NCBI GenBank assembly: GCA_963665295.1
Contig: OY762209.1
Location: 128,001-192,000, forward strand
Source of the DNA: Syntrophorhabdaceae bacterium
GTDB taxonomy: Bacteria > Desulfobacterota > Syntrophorhabdia > Syntrophorhabdales > Syntrophorhabdaceae
DNA: 64,000 nucleotides
Direction: 5' to 3'
Positions 52,020-60,927 of the stretch are shown one piece after another. The notes below the pieces were generated by a model. That model saw only the letters and a program-made list of their open reading frames with translations. It had not been told where the DNA came from and searched no databases. The stretch's first letter is position 1. Each line of letters opens with the position of its first letter. Made by a program: the position numbers and the translations under genes.

Positions 52020-53417
52020 GTGTCCCTCCAAAGGCGCCTTAACCTCTTTGACGCCACGTTGCTCGTAGTGGGCAACGTGGCGGGGGCAGGCATCTTTACC
52101 ACCTCCGGTTTCCTCGCCCGGGAACTCCCCCACCCGTGGCTTTTTGTCGGCATATGGGTTATCGGCGGGGTTCTCACCCTTTGCGGGGCCCTTACTTATG
52201 CGGAGATGTCGGGCATGTTCCCCCGTTCCGGAGGCGACTACCTCTTCCTGAAAGAGTCCTACGGGTCGTGGGCAGGCTTTCTCCTGGGCTGGGTCTCATT
52301 CTGGATAATCAATCCCGGCTCCATCGCCGTCCTCTCCATTTCCATCGTGAAGTACCTGACCGGATTTTTCCCCTTCACGGGGGGGTCCGTGGAAAAGCTT
52401 CTCGCCGTGGGCATAATCGGGCTCTTCTCCCTTCTTCATTGCCAGGGGGTCAGACCGACGGGGACGGCCCAGAACTTCTGGACCCTGGCCGGTCTCACCC
52501 TCCTCCTGGTCTTTATCGTGGGCGGGTTCACATCCCCGAAAGGCAACTGGGGACACTTTGCCGCTGACGGCCCTATCCCTCTGTCTCCGGCAAAGGACTT
52601 CGGGCCTGCCATGATAGCCGTGATCTTCGCCTACAGCGGCTGGTTCGTAAGCGCCTACGTGGGAGACGAGATAAAGCGGCCCGAACGAAACCTTCCCCTG
52701 TCTTTTCTCCTGGGGACCCTCATCGTCATGGTTCTTTACGTACTCGTCAACGTGGTCTATGTCTACGCCATGCCGGTCCGGGAACTGGAAGGCGTTATCG
52801 ACGCGGGACAGGCGGCGGCAAAGCGCCTTCTCAGCCCCGCGGCCGCCCATGTAGTGAGCGGCGCCGTAGTCCTCGTCATAGCGGCGAGCATCAACGCAAC
52901 CATGCTCGCCGGCGCCCGCCTCTCCTATGCCATGGCTCGGGACGAACTCCTCTGGTCGCCCCTGAGGATTCTCCATCCGGTAAAGGGGACTCCCCACGTG
53001 GCCATTGTGGCCCAGGCGGGAATCGCATCGCTCTTTGTCATAGCCGGGACCTTTGAAGGCCTGCTGAGTTCCGTGGTCTTCGTCATGCTCCTCTCCTCCA
53101 TCGGATCCGGAGCGGCTCACATGCTCCTCCGGCGGCGCTCACCCCTTGCGCCAAGGCCCTATCGAACCTGGGGGTATCCCTGGGTCCCCCTCGTTTTCAC
53201 CCTTTCCTACATGTGGATCGCGGGGAGCATCGTCATTTCCAACCCGGCAAGATCGCTTCTCGGTCTTCTCGTTACCGCGTCGGGCATTCCCTTCTACCTC
53301 TATGCGGTCCGCCGGAGAGGGTACAAGGGGGAAACCCTTTCCTGCATAAAGACGAAGGCGAACAGGCCTGTCCGCGAAGGACTCCGGGAGGTCGATCACA
53401 TCGAGAGAATCTCCTGA
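52020..53417 (+). CDS. APC family amino acid permease
   Basis: GAGIF, YAEM...PRSGGDY, FAYSGW, EIKRPERNLP, RPYRTWGYP. Confidence 0.92.
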   Translation: MSLQRRLNLFDATLLVVGNVAGAGIFTTSGFLARELPHPWLFVGIWVIGGVLTLCGALTYAEMSGMFPRSGGDYLFLKESYGSWAGFLLGWVSFWIINPGSIAVLSISIVKYLTGFFPFTGGSVEKLLAVGIIGLFSLLHCQGVRPTGTAQNFWTLAGLTLLLVFIVGGFTSPKGNWGHFAADGPIPLSPAKDFGPAMIAVIFAYSGWFVSAYVGDEIKRPERNLPLSFLLGTLIVMVLYVLVNVVYVYAMPVRELEGVIDAGQAAAKRLLSPAAAHVVSGAVVLVIAASINATMLAGARLSYAMARDELLWSPLRILHPVKGTPHVAIVAQAGIASLFVIAGTFEGLLSSVVFVMLLSSIGSGAAHMLLRRRSPLAPRPYRTWGYPWVPLVFTLSYMWIAGSIVISNPARSLLGLLVTASGIPFYLYAVRRRGYKGETLSCIKTKANRPVREGLREVDHIERIS

Positions 53418-53512
53418 TCCGTGGGGACCCACGGACCGGGGGGACGACAGACATAGACACGGCGAAATCGCCTGTCGGCTGCAAACCAAAATCCAACGAG
53501 GAGGAGTACCGC

Positions 53513-53722
53513 ATGAAGATCAGTGCACGTAACATGTTAAAGGGAAAAGTCAAAAGCATCAACCCCGGAGCGGTCAACACGGAGGTGGTCATAGAGTTGG
53601 CAGGCGGCGCTGAAGTCGTCTCCATCATCACCAAGGCCTCGGCGGAGGCCCTCGGGCTCGCGGACGGCAAGGAAGTGTACGCAGTCGTCAAAGCCTCGAA
53701 CGTAATGGTTGCGGTGGATTAG
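53513..53722 (+). CDS. mop: Molybdenum-binding Mop/TOBE protein
   Basis: MKISARNMLKG, SIITKAS, AVVKASNV; GAGGAGGAG RBS. Confidence 0.93.
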   Translation: MKISARNMLKGKVKSINPGAVNTEVVIELAGGAEVVSIITKASAEALGLADGKEVYAVVKASNVMVAVD

Positions 53723-53728
53723 GTTTTC

Positions 53729-53765
53729 CCCTACGTGGCCGTCGGCTTCCGGCGGCCGCGTAGGG
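53729..53765 (+). other. GC-rich hairpin between mop and modA
   Basis: CCCTACGTGGCCGTCGG...CCGGCGGCCGCGTAGGG; no U-tract, so possibly an mRNA-stabilising stem. Confidence 0.45.
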
Positions 53766-53811
53766 CGGGCCTGATAAAAATGTGGTTATCAACGATACTA
53801 GGGAGGGAAAG

Positions 53812-54564
53812 ATGAGTAAATTTTTGTGTCGCCTGTTTTGCTCTTTGCTTATGGTCATATTGTTCGCGTGCGGCGCCATGGCTGCCGAGGTACGCCTCGC
53901 GGTGGCCGCGAGTCTCAGAGAGGTAGTGGTCCAGCTTTCGGACGCCTTTGCGAAGAAGAATCCCGGCGTAACCTTTCAGAGCAGCTTCGGCGCCTCGGGC
54001 GCACTGGCCCGGCAGATCGAGAACGGTGCCCCGTGCGATGTCTTCTTCTCCGCCAACGTAGAGTGGGTGGATTACCTGAAGGGGAAGAAACTGGTCGATC
54101 CGCGCCATGTCTCCATCTTCGCCTACAATGAGCTTGTCTTCGTGGGCAGGCCGGACCTCAAGGCGACGGGCCTCAAAGACCTGCCGGGCCTCGACAAGAT
54201 CGCCATGGGCAGTCCGAAGAGTGTCCCCGCCGGACAGTACGCCGAGGAGGCCGTGAGGAAAGCCGGTCTCACGAAGCAACTGGAAAAGAAGCTCGTCATG
54301 GCGCGGGATGTGCGGGAATGCCTCATGTACGCGGAAAGAGGTGAAGTGGACGGCTCCTTTGTGTACAAGACCGATGCGGAGCAGATGGCAAAGAACGTCA
54401 AAATCCTTTTTGTCGTGCCGCAGGACCTCTATCCCAGGGTAACCTATCCCATGGCCCTCACCGTAACGGGAAGCAGGAAGCCTGAAGCCGAGGCGTTTTA
54501 TCGGTTCCTCCAGTCGGCTGAAGCGAAGACGACCCTCGCCGGGCGTGGCTTCATCATAAAATAG
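53812..54564 (+). CDS. modA: Molybdate ABC substrate-binding protein
   Basis: AASL, FGASGAL..QI.NGAP.DVF.SA, VPAGQYA, VYKTD. Confidence 0.95.
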   Translation: MSKFLCRLFCSLLMVILFACGAMAAEVRLAVAASLREVVVQLSDAFAKKNPGVTFQSSFGASGALARQIENGAPCDVFFSANVEWVDYLKGKKLVDPRHVSIFAYNELVFVGRPDLKATGLKDLPGLDKIAMGSPKSVPAGQYAEEAVRKAGLTKQLEKKLVMARDVRECLMYAERGEVDGSFVYKTDAEQMAKNVKILFVVPQDLYPRVTYPMALTVTGSRKPEAEAFYRFLQSAEAKTTLAGRGFIIK

Positions 54565-54577
54565 GCTGAATTCGGGT

Positions 54578-55264
54578 ATGCTCGCCTTTACCCCGGCCGA
54601 TTATTCGGCGGTCCTCCTGTCCCTCAAGATCGCGGTGACCGCCACCCTGATCTCACTGCCTTTCGGCTTTGCCGTGGCCTATCTCATGACATACGGCCGG
54701 TTCAGGGGAAAAGTGGCACTCGACGTATTCGTCAATCTTCCCCTCACCTTGCCGCCCGTGGTAATCGGCTACCTCCTGCTCCTCCTTCTCGGTAAGAGGG
54801 GATGGCTCGGCAGAACGCTCCTTCAGCCCCTGGGCGTCAACCTTATCTTCACGTGGAAGGCAGCGGTCATGGCCACGGCGGTCGTGGGCTTCCCCCTCAT
54901 GGTGAGGTCCATCCGTACCGGCATGGAAACCATAGACGAGCGCCTTATCCAGGCGTCCCGCACCCTTGGCGCCGGGTGGTTCGATACCATCCTCACGGTG
55001 ATCGTGCCCCTTTCGGTGCGCGGGCTCATCGCGGGCTCGGTCCTCATGTTCGCCCGGGGCCTCGGGGAATTCGGGGCCACTATCATCGTGGCGGGCAACA
55101 TTCCCGGCGTGACCCAGACGATCCCCCTGGCCATCTATGAATATGTAAGCTCGCCCCGGGGAGACGTGATGGCCCTCGCCCTCTGTCTCGTATCCATCTC
55201 CATCTCCGTAGCGGTCCTCGTGTTCCACGAGTGGCTCGGCAGGCGCATAGTAAGGACGGACTGA
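54578..55264 (+). CDS. modB: Molybdate ABC permease
   Basis: LPLTLPPVVIG, FARGLGEFGAT, AGNIPG. Confidence 0.95.
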   Translation: MLAFTPADYSAVLLSLKIAVTATLISLPFGFAVAYLMTYGRFRGKVALDVFVNLPLTLPPVVIGYLLLLLLGKRGWLGRTLLQPLGVNLIFTWKAAVMATAVVGFPLMVRSIRTGMETIDERLIQASRTLGAGWFDTILTVIVPLSVRGLIAGSVLMFARGLGEFGATIIVAGNIPGVTQTIPLAIYEYVSSPRGDVMALALCLVSISISVAVLVFHEWLGRRIVRTD

Positions 55265-55265
55265 C

Positions 55266-56321
55266 ATGGAATTGACCGTAACCCTGCAAAAGGTCTTCGG
55301 CACCTTTTCCCTTGACGTCGATTTCGTTGTCCGGGGCGAACGTATCGGTATTTTCGGTCCTTCGGGAAGCGGCAAATCGACGCTGGTGAGCCTCATTGCG
55401 GGGCTCAATCATCCGGACCGCGGCCGTATCCTCCTTGACGGAGAGCCTGTCTTCGACAAAGCGGCACGGATCGATATCCCCACGGACCTGAGGCGGATCG
55501 GCATGGTCTTCCAACGTCCTCACCTTTTCCCCCACCTGAGTGTCAGGGGAAATCTCCTTTATGGCTTCAAGCGCTCGAATCGTGCCCATCGCAAGATTAC
55601 ACTGAATGACCTCGTGGAGGTCCTCCAGATAGGCCATCTCCTGGACCGGGGGGTGAAGAACCTTTCCGGCGGCGAGAAACAACGGGTGGCAATCGGTAGG
55701 GCCGTCCTTTCGAACCCGCGCCTCCTTCTCATGGACGAGCCCCTGTCGGCCCTGGACGACACGCTCAAGTTCCAGATTATCCCCTTCCTCACCCACACCT
55801 GCGAGGCCTTCCATATCCCTTATCTCTTCATCTCTCACTCCTTGACCGAAATGAGGATCATGGCGGACCGGGTGCTTCTCATGGACGGGGGCCGCATGGC
55901 AGGACAGATGGGCGCTGAAGAGCTGGCCCGCGCTTCGGCGGGGGAACGCACCCGGCCTTACACGAACCTTCTCCGCCTGAGAGCGCCGCGCCGTGTCGAT
56001 GGCCTCCATGCATATAAGTGGGGGGACCGGGAACTTCTCATTTCAGGAGGCGACGACAATCCCGAAGCTCTCTTCGAGCTTCCCTCCACGGATATCATTA
56101 TCTTCAAACGTCACCCGGAGGCCATCAGCGCGCGAAACCTCCTCAAATGCCGCGTCGCCGGCACCTTCGAAACAAACGGCAGAATTGCCCTGGAACTGGA
56201 ATGCGGGACAGAGCACCTCGTAGCCCTCGTGGTAAAGGAGGCAGTCCGGGAACTTGCCATCACAAAAGGCATCAAGGTCTATGCCGCCATAAAGGCCACG
56301 GCCTTTCGACAACTGGGCTGA
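55266..56321 (+). CDS. modC: Molybdate ABC ATPase with TOBE domain
   Basis: GPSGSGKST, LFPHLSV, LSGGEKQRVAIGRA, SARN/TOBE C-terminus. Confidence 0.95.
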   Translation: MELTVTLQKVFGTFSLDVDFVVRGERIGIFGPSGSGKSTLVSLIAGLNHPDRGRILLDGEPVFDKAARIDIPTDLRRIGMVFQRPHLFPHLSVRGNLLYGFKRSNRAHRKITLNDLVEVLQIGHLLDRGVKNLSGGEKQRVAIGRAVLSNPRLLLMDEPLSALDDTLKFQIIPFLTHTCEAFHIPYLFISHSLTEMRIMADRVLLMDGGRMAGQMGAEELARASAGERTRPYTNLLRLRAPRRVDGLHAYKWGDRELLISGGDDNPEALFELPSTDIIIFKRHPEAISARNLLKCRVAGTFETNGRIALELECGTEHLVALVVKEAVRELAITKGIKVYAAIKATAFRQLG

Positions 56322-56359
56322 GTCCGGCCGGCCGTCCCGGGCCGGACTCCAGAAAATGC

Positions 56360-56425
56360 TTGACGTTTCGTTATGGCTGATGTTATATAACGAATGCAGA
56401 TCGCTATATACCGGATAATATAACC
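56360..56425 (+). promoter_or_regulatory. Promoter with two tandem ModE-type boxes upstream of exbBD
   Basis: TTGACG 56360; CGTTATGGCTGATGTTATATAACG (56369-56392); CGCTATATACCGGATAATATAACC (56402-56425). Confidence 0.78.
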
Positions 56426-56466
56426 ATGCACGTCTTTTATACGGGTCCGGTTGAGGGAGGTTGGTT

Positions 56467-56901
56467 ATGGAATGGCTTCATAGCGCCATCGATTACGGCG
56501 TCATCGGGGTGCTCATCATAATGAGCATATTGGCAGTTTCCGTTGCAATAGAAAGGAAGCTTTTCTACCGGAAGATTCGGATTTCCGCGTTTCACGACAA
56601 GAAGGAACTCGAACTGGAGCTCATGCGGAGGTTGCACGTCATCTCCACCGTGGGGAGTAATGCGCCTTATATCGGGCTTCTCGGGACGGTCCTCGGCATC
56701 ATGCTTACCTTCTCGACCATCGGGACCAGGGGGCTTGTGGACACGGGCCATATCATGTCGGGCCTCGCCCTGGCTCTCAAAGCAACGGCCGTGGGTCTCC
56801 TGGTGGCCATACCATCGATTGTATTGTACAACTTCCTCCTCAAGTCGGCGAGGGAGTTGATCCTGCAGTGGGAGATAGAGCATGGAAGAAAAGGGCTTTG
56901 A
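56467..56901 (+). CDS. exbB: TonB-system energizer ExbB (short form)
   Basis: SNAPYIGLLGTV.GIM, ALKATA.GL.VAIP. Confidence 0.92.
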   Translation: MEWLHSAIDYGVIGVLIIMSILAVSVAIERKLFYRKIRISAFHDKKELELELMRRLHVISTVGSNAPYIGLLGTVLGIMLTFSTIGTRGLVDTGHIMSGLALALKATAVGLLVAIPSIVLYNFLLKSARELILQWEIEHGRKGL

Positions 56902-57262
56902 CTACATGAACGTCGTTCCCCTTGTCGATGTCATGATGGTCCTTCTCGCCATCGTGCTCATGACGTCCACCTTTGTGGCAAGCGGTGCCATCCCCGTGCA
57001 ATTACCTAAGGCGGCGGATAAGCAAAACGCGGCCCTCAAGGCCGCCACAATAACGATCGACAAGAAGGGGGCGGTCTACTTCGAAGCCGCTCCCGTTACC
57101 CTCCGGGGCCTTCAGGAGAGACTCGCCGTATTGGGGCCGGACACCCCTGTCCAGGTAAGGGCGGACCGTTCCATCGCTCTTCAGGAATGCGTGGATGTCC
57201 TCGACCTCCTTTCCGCCAACGGCTTCAAAAAGGTCAGCCTCCAGACGGAACGGAGCTCCTGA
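56882..57262 (+). CDS. exbD: ExbD
   Basis: NVVPLVDVMMVLL, VRADR. Confidence 0.92.
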   Translation: MEEKGFDYMNVVPLVDVMMVLLAIVLMTSTFVASGAIPVQLPKAADKQNAALKAATITIDKKGAVYFEAAPVTLRGLQERLAVLGPDTPVQVRADRSIALQECVDVLDLLSANGFKKVSLQTERSS

Positions 57263-57396
57263 TATGGGCAAGGCTCGCCACCTTCGCCGGAAGGAATTAC
57301 CTTATTATTGTTATCCCTGTGGGCGAACAGGTGTGGAGGGCGCCGATTCAGCCGGCCGGCCCCTATGACGACGACTGAGAAGGAGGAAACATATTC

Positions 57397-58404
57397 ATGC
57401 GTTGTAATTATTGTGAATGGCGGTGTGAGTTGGGCGGAGGGAAGCTCGGCGTGTGCCGCATGTACCACGAACAGGACGGGGCGGTAACGGAGCGTTTCCC
57501 CTCCCAGTGGTGTTCCTACGGCACGTCGAGAATAGAGTCCGTCCCTTTCTACCACGTATATCCCGGAAGCAGGACCATGATCCTCGGCACCAGCAGTTGT
57601 AACTTCAAATGCAAGTACTGCTCCAATGCCTTCATCGCCAAAGCGGACCCCGCTTCGGTCCAGGACAGGATGTTCGACCTCACGCCCCGCGAGATCGTCG
57701 CCATGGCGCGAAAACTCCGGTGCCACAACATAGTCTTCAACATCAACGAACCCACGGTCTCCCTGCCTACCCTCCTTGAGGTGGCGCGGGAGGCGCGGGA
57801 GGCGGGAATCCCCATGGGCTGTTTGACCAACGCATACACCACGGAAGAATCGACGGACATCCTCGAATCCATCTTCTCCTTCTTCAATATCGGACTCAAG
57901 GGCCTTTCCACGGATTTCAACCGTGACTATATCGGCATCCCCTCTTCCGCCCCCATATTGCGCAACATCGCGAGGCTCGCCCGGACGCGCCATGTCGAGG
58001 TGACCACGCCTGTAATCCAGTCCGTGAACGATCACGAGTTGGACGAAATCGCCGACTTCCTCTCGGGCATAGACCGGCAGATCCCCTGGCACGTTTTTCG
58101 CCTCCTTCCCGAAGACGAGATGAAGGACGCGGGATACCCGAACATCGAGGTGATAAACCAAGCCCTTACTCTGGCGAGAACGAAACTCCCCTCTCTCTAT
58201 TTCCATAATTTCGTGGGCTCCGACTGGGTAAACACCCTGTGTCAGGGATGCGGGGCAGTCGTCATCGAGCGTTTCAGCCTCGGATGCGGGGGCGACAAAC
58301 TCCACCGGTTCCTGTGCGAAGGGAATCGTTGCCCCCAATGCGGCCGGGAAGTGAAGCTCCTCGGCACCAGGACGGAATGGACAAGAGAGGAGGCGGCCAT
58401 ATGA
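57397..58404 (+). CDS. Radical SAM enzyme, AmmeMemoRadiSAM (AmrS)/PFL-activase-like
   Basis: N-terminal CNYCEWRC...GVC, PFYHVYPGS, CNFKCKYC, NEP, C-terminal CQGCG...CPQCG. Confidence 0.85.
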   Translation: MRCNYCEWRCELGGGKLGVCRMYHEQDGAVTERFPSQWCSYGTSRIESVPFYHVYPGSRTMILGTSSCNFKCKYCSNAFIAKADPASVQDRMFDLTPREIVAMARKLRCHNIVFNINEPTVSLPTLLEVAREAREAGIPMGCLTNAYTTEESTDILESIFSFFNIGLKGLSTDFNRDYIGIPSSAPILRNIARLARTRHVEVTTPVIQSVNDHELDEIADFLSGIDRQIPWHVFRLLPEDEMKDAGYPNIEVINQALTLARTKLPSLYFHNFVGSDWVNTLCQGCGAVVIERFSLGCGGDKLHRFLCEGNRCPQCGREVKLLGTRTEWTREEAAI

Positions 58405-59540
58405 GTCTCGCCATTATTGACGCAAGGGAATGGCAGAAAACATTCGATCTCAGGACCGGTGAAAAGAGGGAGGCCCAAGGCCCCGTGGTCGACATGGTGC
58501 GGGACGTGTTACGGAGGCACCCCTACCCGGGCGACATGGAGGCAGGGGCAAACCGATGGGTCACCGACACCGCCCTGGATCTGATCGGGAAATACCGTCC
58601 CCAATTCGCCTTCCTCATCTATGCCTGGCAGTATTTCGTCAGCCGCTACTCACCCATGAGCGTTGAGGAACGGGCCGATATGGTTTCCATTGTATTTCAG
58701 GAGGTGAACCGTTTCCTCAGCCTCTCCGGGTTTGACTACGTGCTCGTGGGCACCGGGGACATGACGCCTCTCAACGGCTTTATCGACTTGAGCAGGCTCG
58801 ACGGCCTCGCGGTCTCCTCCCACTGGTCCGCCCGGTACGCCGGTCTCTTCAGCCCGAGCGCCTCCGACCTCGCCCATCTCGAAGCCCATCCCCACGTGGA
58901 ACGGGTCGTTGAAAGGGACGAGTTCATGGACCTGTTCAACGGCTCCTCTCAAGACGCGGCGCGGACGCCGGAATATCTCATACTGGCGAAGGAGGGTTAC
59001 ACCTTCAAAAGCGCGGGAGTAACCATGCGAAGGGCTGTCATGATCCCCGCGGCGAGCTTCCTCATCCCCGTATCGACCACCCTGGCGACCGTCCACTCCG
59101 TCACCGGCATAAGGCCGCTTATCGAGGGGCGGCTCAAGGAGCGTAAGATCGCTCTCATCATGGTGGAAGGTATCGGCACCGAGGGATTTCTCCTGCCCTC
59201 AACCCCCTGCGAAAACGGAAAGGGATGGTTCTATTACGAACCGGGAGACGGCCAGTGCCTCACCGCCGCCGCCGGAGAACACCGGGTCTTCGACTACCCC
59301 ACGGGTTACAAATACTTCGACGAGGACGGGCCTGAAAAGGAGTACCCCTTTTCAGGATATTTCAGTTCCATCCCGGAAGGCACGGTGGGCAGGGCTTTTC
59401 CGGAGCGGAGCATCGCGGTAGGCAACAAGAGCATGTTCATGCACATGGTGGCAGGGGCGGACCTCTCCGTCGAGTGCTTCGCAAGGAACCTCTACAACCA
59501 GGGCACCATGGCGGTCATCCACCGTGAGGACAAGCCTTAA
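58401..59540 (+). CDS. Hypothetical protein coupled to the radical SAM gene, possibly a degenerate alkaline-phosphatase-superfamily fold
   Basis: ATGA overlap and GAGGAGG RBS; WVTDTALDLI..YRP and RTPEYLILAKEGYTF weakly recall phosphonoacetate-hydrolase-like proteins. Confidence 0.6.
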   Translation: MSLAIIDAREWQKTFDLRTGEKREAQGPVVDMVRDVLRRHPYPGDMEAGANRWVTDTALDLIGKYRPQFAFLIYAWQYFVSRYSPMSVEERADMVSIVFQEVNRFLSLSGFDYVLVGTGDMTPLNGFIDLSRLDGLAVSSHWSARYAGLFSPSASDLAHLEAHPHVERVVERDEFMDLFNGSSQDAARTPEYLILAKEGYTFKSAGVTMRRAVMIPAASFLIPVSTTLATVHSVTGIRPLIEGRLKERKIALIMVEGIGTEGFLLPSTPCENGKGWFYYEPGDGQCLTAAAGEHRVFDYPTGYKYFDEDGPEKEYPFSGYFSSIPEGTVGRAFPERSIAVGNKSMFMHMVAGADLSVECFARNLYNQGTMAVIHREDKP

Positions 59541-59642
59541 GTCCGGGGGCTGAACCCGGGTAAGCAATTCCCGCCAAAGGTCAAAGGACAAGAACGCCTC
59601 GGGAGGGTGTTTCTTCAGATGCCCGCCGACCGCTCGCGATTA

Positions 59643-59759
59643 TGGGCTCTTTTACAGCCCATATGTCCTGTGTCAAGGGTTGACCCCTATGTTCTTTCTT
59701 GGGCTCTTTTACAGCCCATATGTCCTGTGTCAAGGGTTGACCCCTATGTTCTTTCTTGG
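59643..59759. repeat. Perfect 57-bp tandem duplication
   Basis: GGGCTCTTTTACAGCCCATATGTCCTGTGTCAAGGGTTGACCCCTATGTTCTTTCTT at 59644-59700 and 59701-59757. Confidence 0.95.
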
Positions 59760-59929
59760 AAAAACTCTATACTATCAAGGGAGTAGCTGAAATGTTGAGG
59801 GTATCAAAGGTGACGCTATACCGTATGATGAAAGACGGAAAAATAAAGACGGTGAAATTGGGGAGAAAGACTCTTTTTGCAGAGGAGGAGCTTAACCGCT
59901 TCATTGAATCCCTGAAAAAGGGAGAATAG
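59756..59929 (+). CDS. Excisionase-family (HTH_17) DNA-binding protein, 57 aa, absent from the ORF track
   Basis: Manual translation: MEKLYTIKGVAEMLRVSKVTLYRMMKDGKIKTVKLGRKTLFAEEELNRFIESLKKGE*. Confidence 0.82.
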   Translation: MEKLYTIKGVAEMLRVSKVTLYRMMKDGKIKTVKLGRKTLFAEEELNRFIESLKKGE

Positions 59930-60103
59930 ATAGGGGGCGTTACAGGCGAACCCCGAAAGTCACCGCCAAAGACTGTGAGCATTCTAAGCCGTTACCCTCC
60001 CCGTGAAGATGTTGTGGAGGATATATGACGTTATATGATAGGATAATATTCATTTTGCTCCGACTTATAGTTCAATTGAATTTTTGTCTGTGAGGGGCTT
60101 ACT

Positions 60104-60688
60104 ATGGTTTCGGCCAAAGAGGTTTTGGAATTATACCTGCATGTCGATAGCCAGGTTAAGGCACTACTTAAGATAGAACAAACTTGGAGGAAATGTCATC
60201 CTTGTAAGAACGGGGGAAACTGTTGCATAGATTCTGAGTCATTTGCCTTGCCTTCTGAATGGGCAATTATCCAAAATATGCTGGCAAAATTACATTCCGA
60301 AGAATTACATCTTCTTCAAGCCAGAACCCGACAAAAAGACAATTGTGTTTTCAGGGCTGACGATCGATGCATCATACATGATGTCCGTCCATTGGTCTGC
60401 CGAGTTACTCCTTATTTTGTTTTCGAACAAAACGGTAAGTTGTGCTTTCAATATCCAAATGGATCTTGCCGCCGACAGGAGGGATATGTCGCCTATTTGC
60501 CAACACACAATACCGACTTAAGGAAGAGATTCTTTAGTGTCGGATTAATCAATTTGAAAAATAAGATATATTACCTGAACGGGCTCAAATTACATGACCA
60601 TCCCGTTTTTGCGTTACTTCAACAGGAGCCCCTCCGATCGCTGTTAGAATGGTCGACTGAATATTTTGACGGTGTTAATCCACTATAG
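60104..60688 (+). CDS. YkgJ family cysteine-cluster (Zn/Fe-S) protein
   Basis: CHPCKNGGNCC...CVF....CIIHDVRPLVCR; visibly AT-richer than the flanks. Confidence 0.8.
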   Translation: MVSAKEVLELYLHVDSQVKALLKIEQTWRKCHPCKNGGNCCIDSESFALPSEWAIIQNMLAKLHSEELHLLQARTRQKDNCVFRADDRCIIHDVRPLVCRVTPYFVFEQNGKLCFQYPNGSCRRQEGYVAYLPTHNTDLRKRFFSVGLINLKNKIYYLNGLKLHDHPVFALLQQEPLRSLLEWSTEYFDGVNPL

Positions 60689-60927
60689 GGACGTCCTTCG
60701 GTATTTTAGCTTTAAAGACTAACAATTTCCCTACTGCCTCCCAAAACAGGACCGGCCCTGCCTTTCCGTTGCCACCCGTATTCTTGTCAAAGCTAAAGGA
60801 ACTATAAGATAATCTAGAACCCCTCAGAGAATCTTATTGACAATCACAGGACATGACGGCAAAATAGAAAACAACTCACGCGAGAAAGAGTTTTATTCAT
60901 TATGGTATAAAAGTTGTCGGAGATAAT

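Noticed and set aside
59643..59759. CRISPR array
   Set aside because: Two directly abutting 57-bp copies with no spacers and no cas genes
60029..60052. Seventh ModE box (CGTTATATGATAGGATAATATTCA)
   Set aside because: Only the left half matches, and the AT-rich context makes a chance match likely
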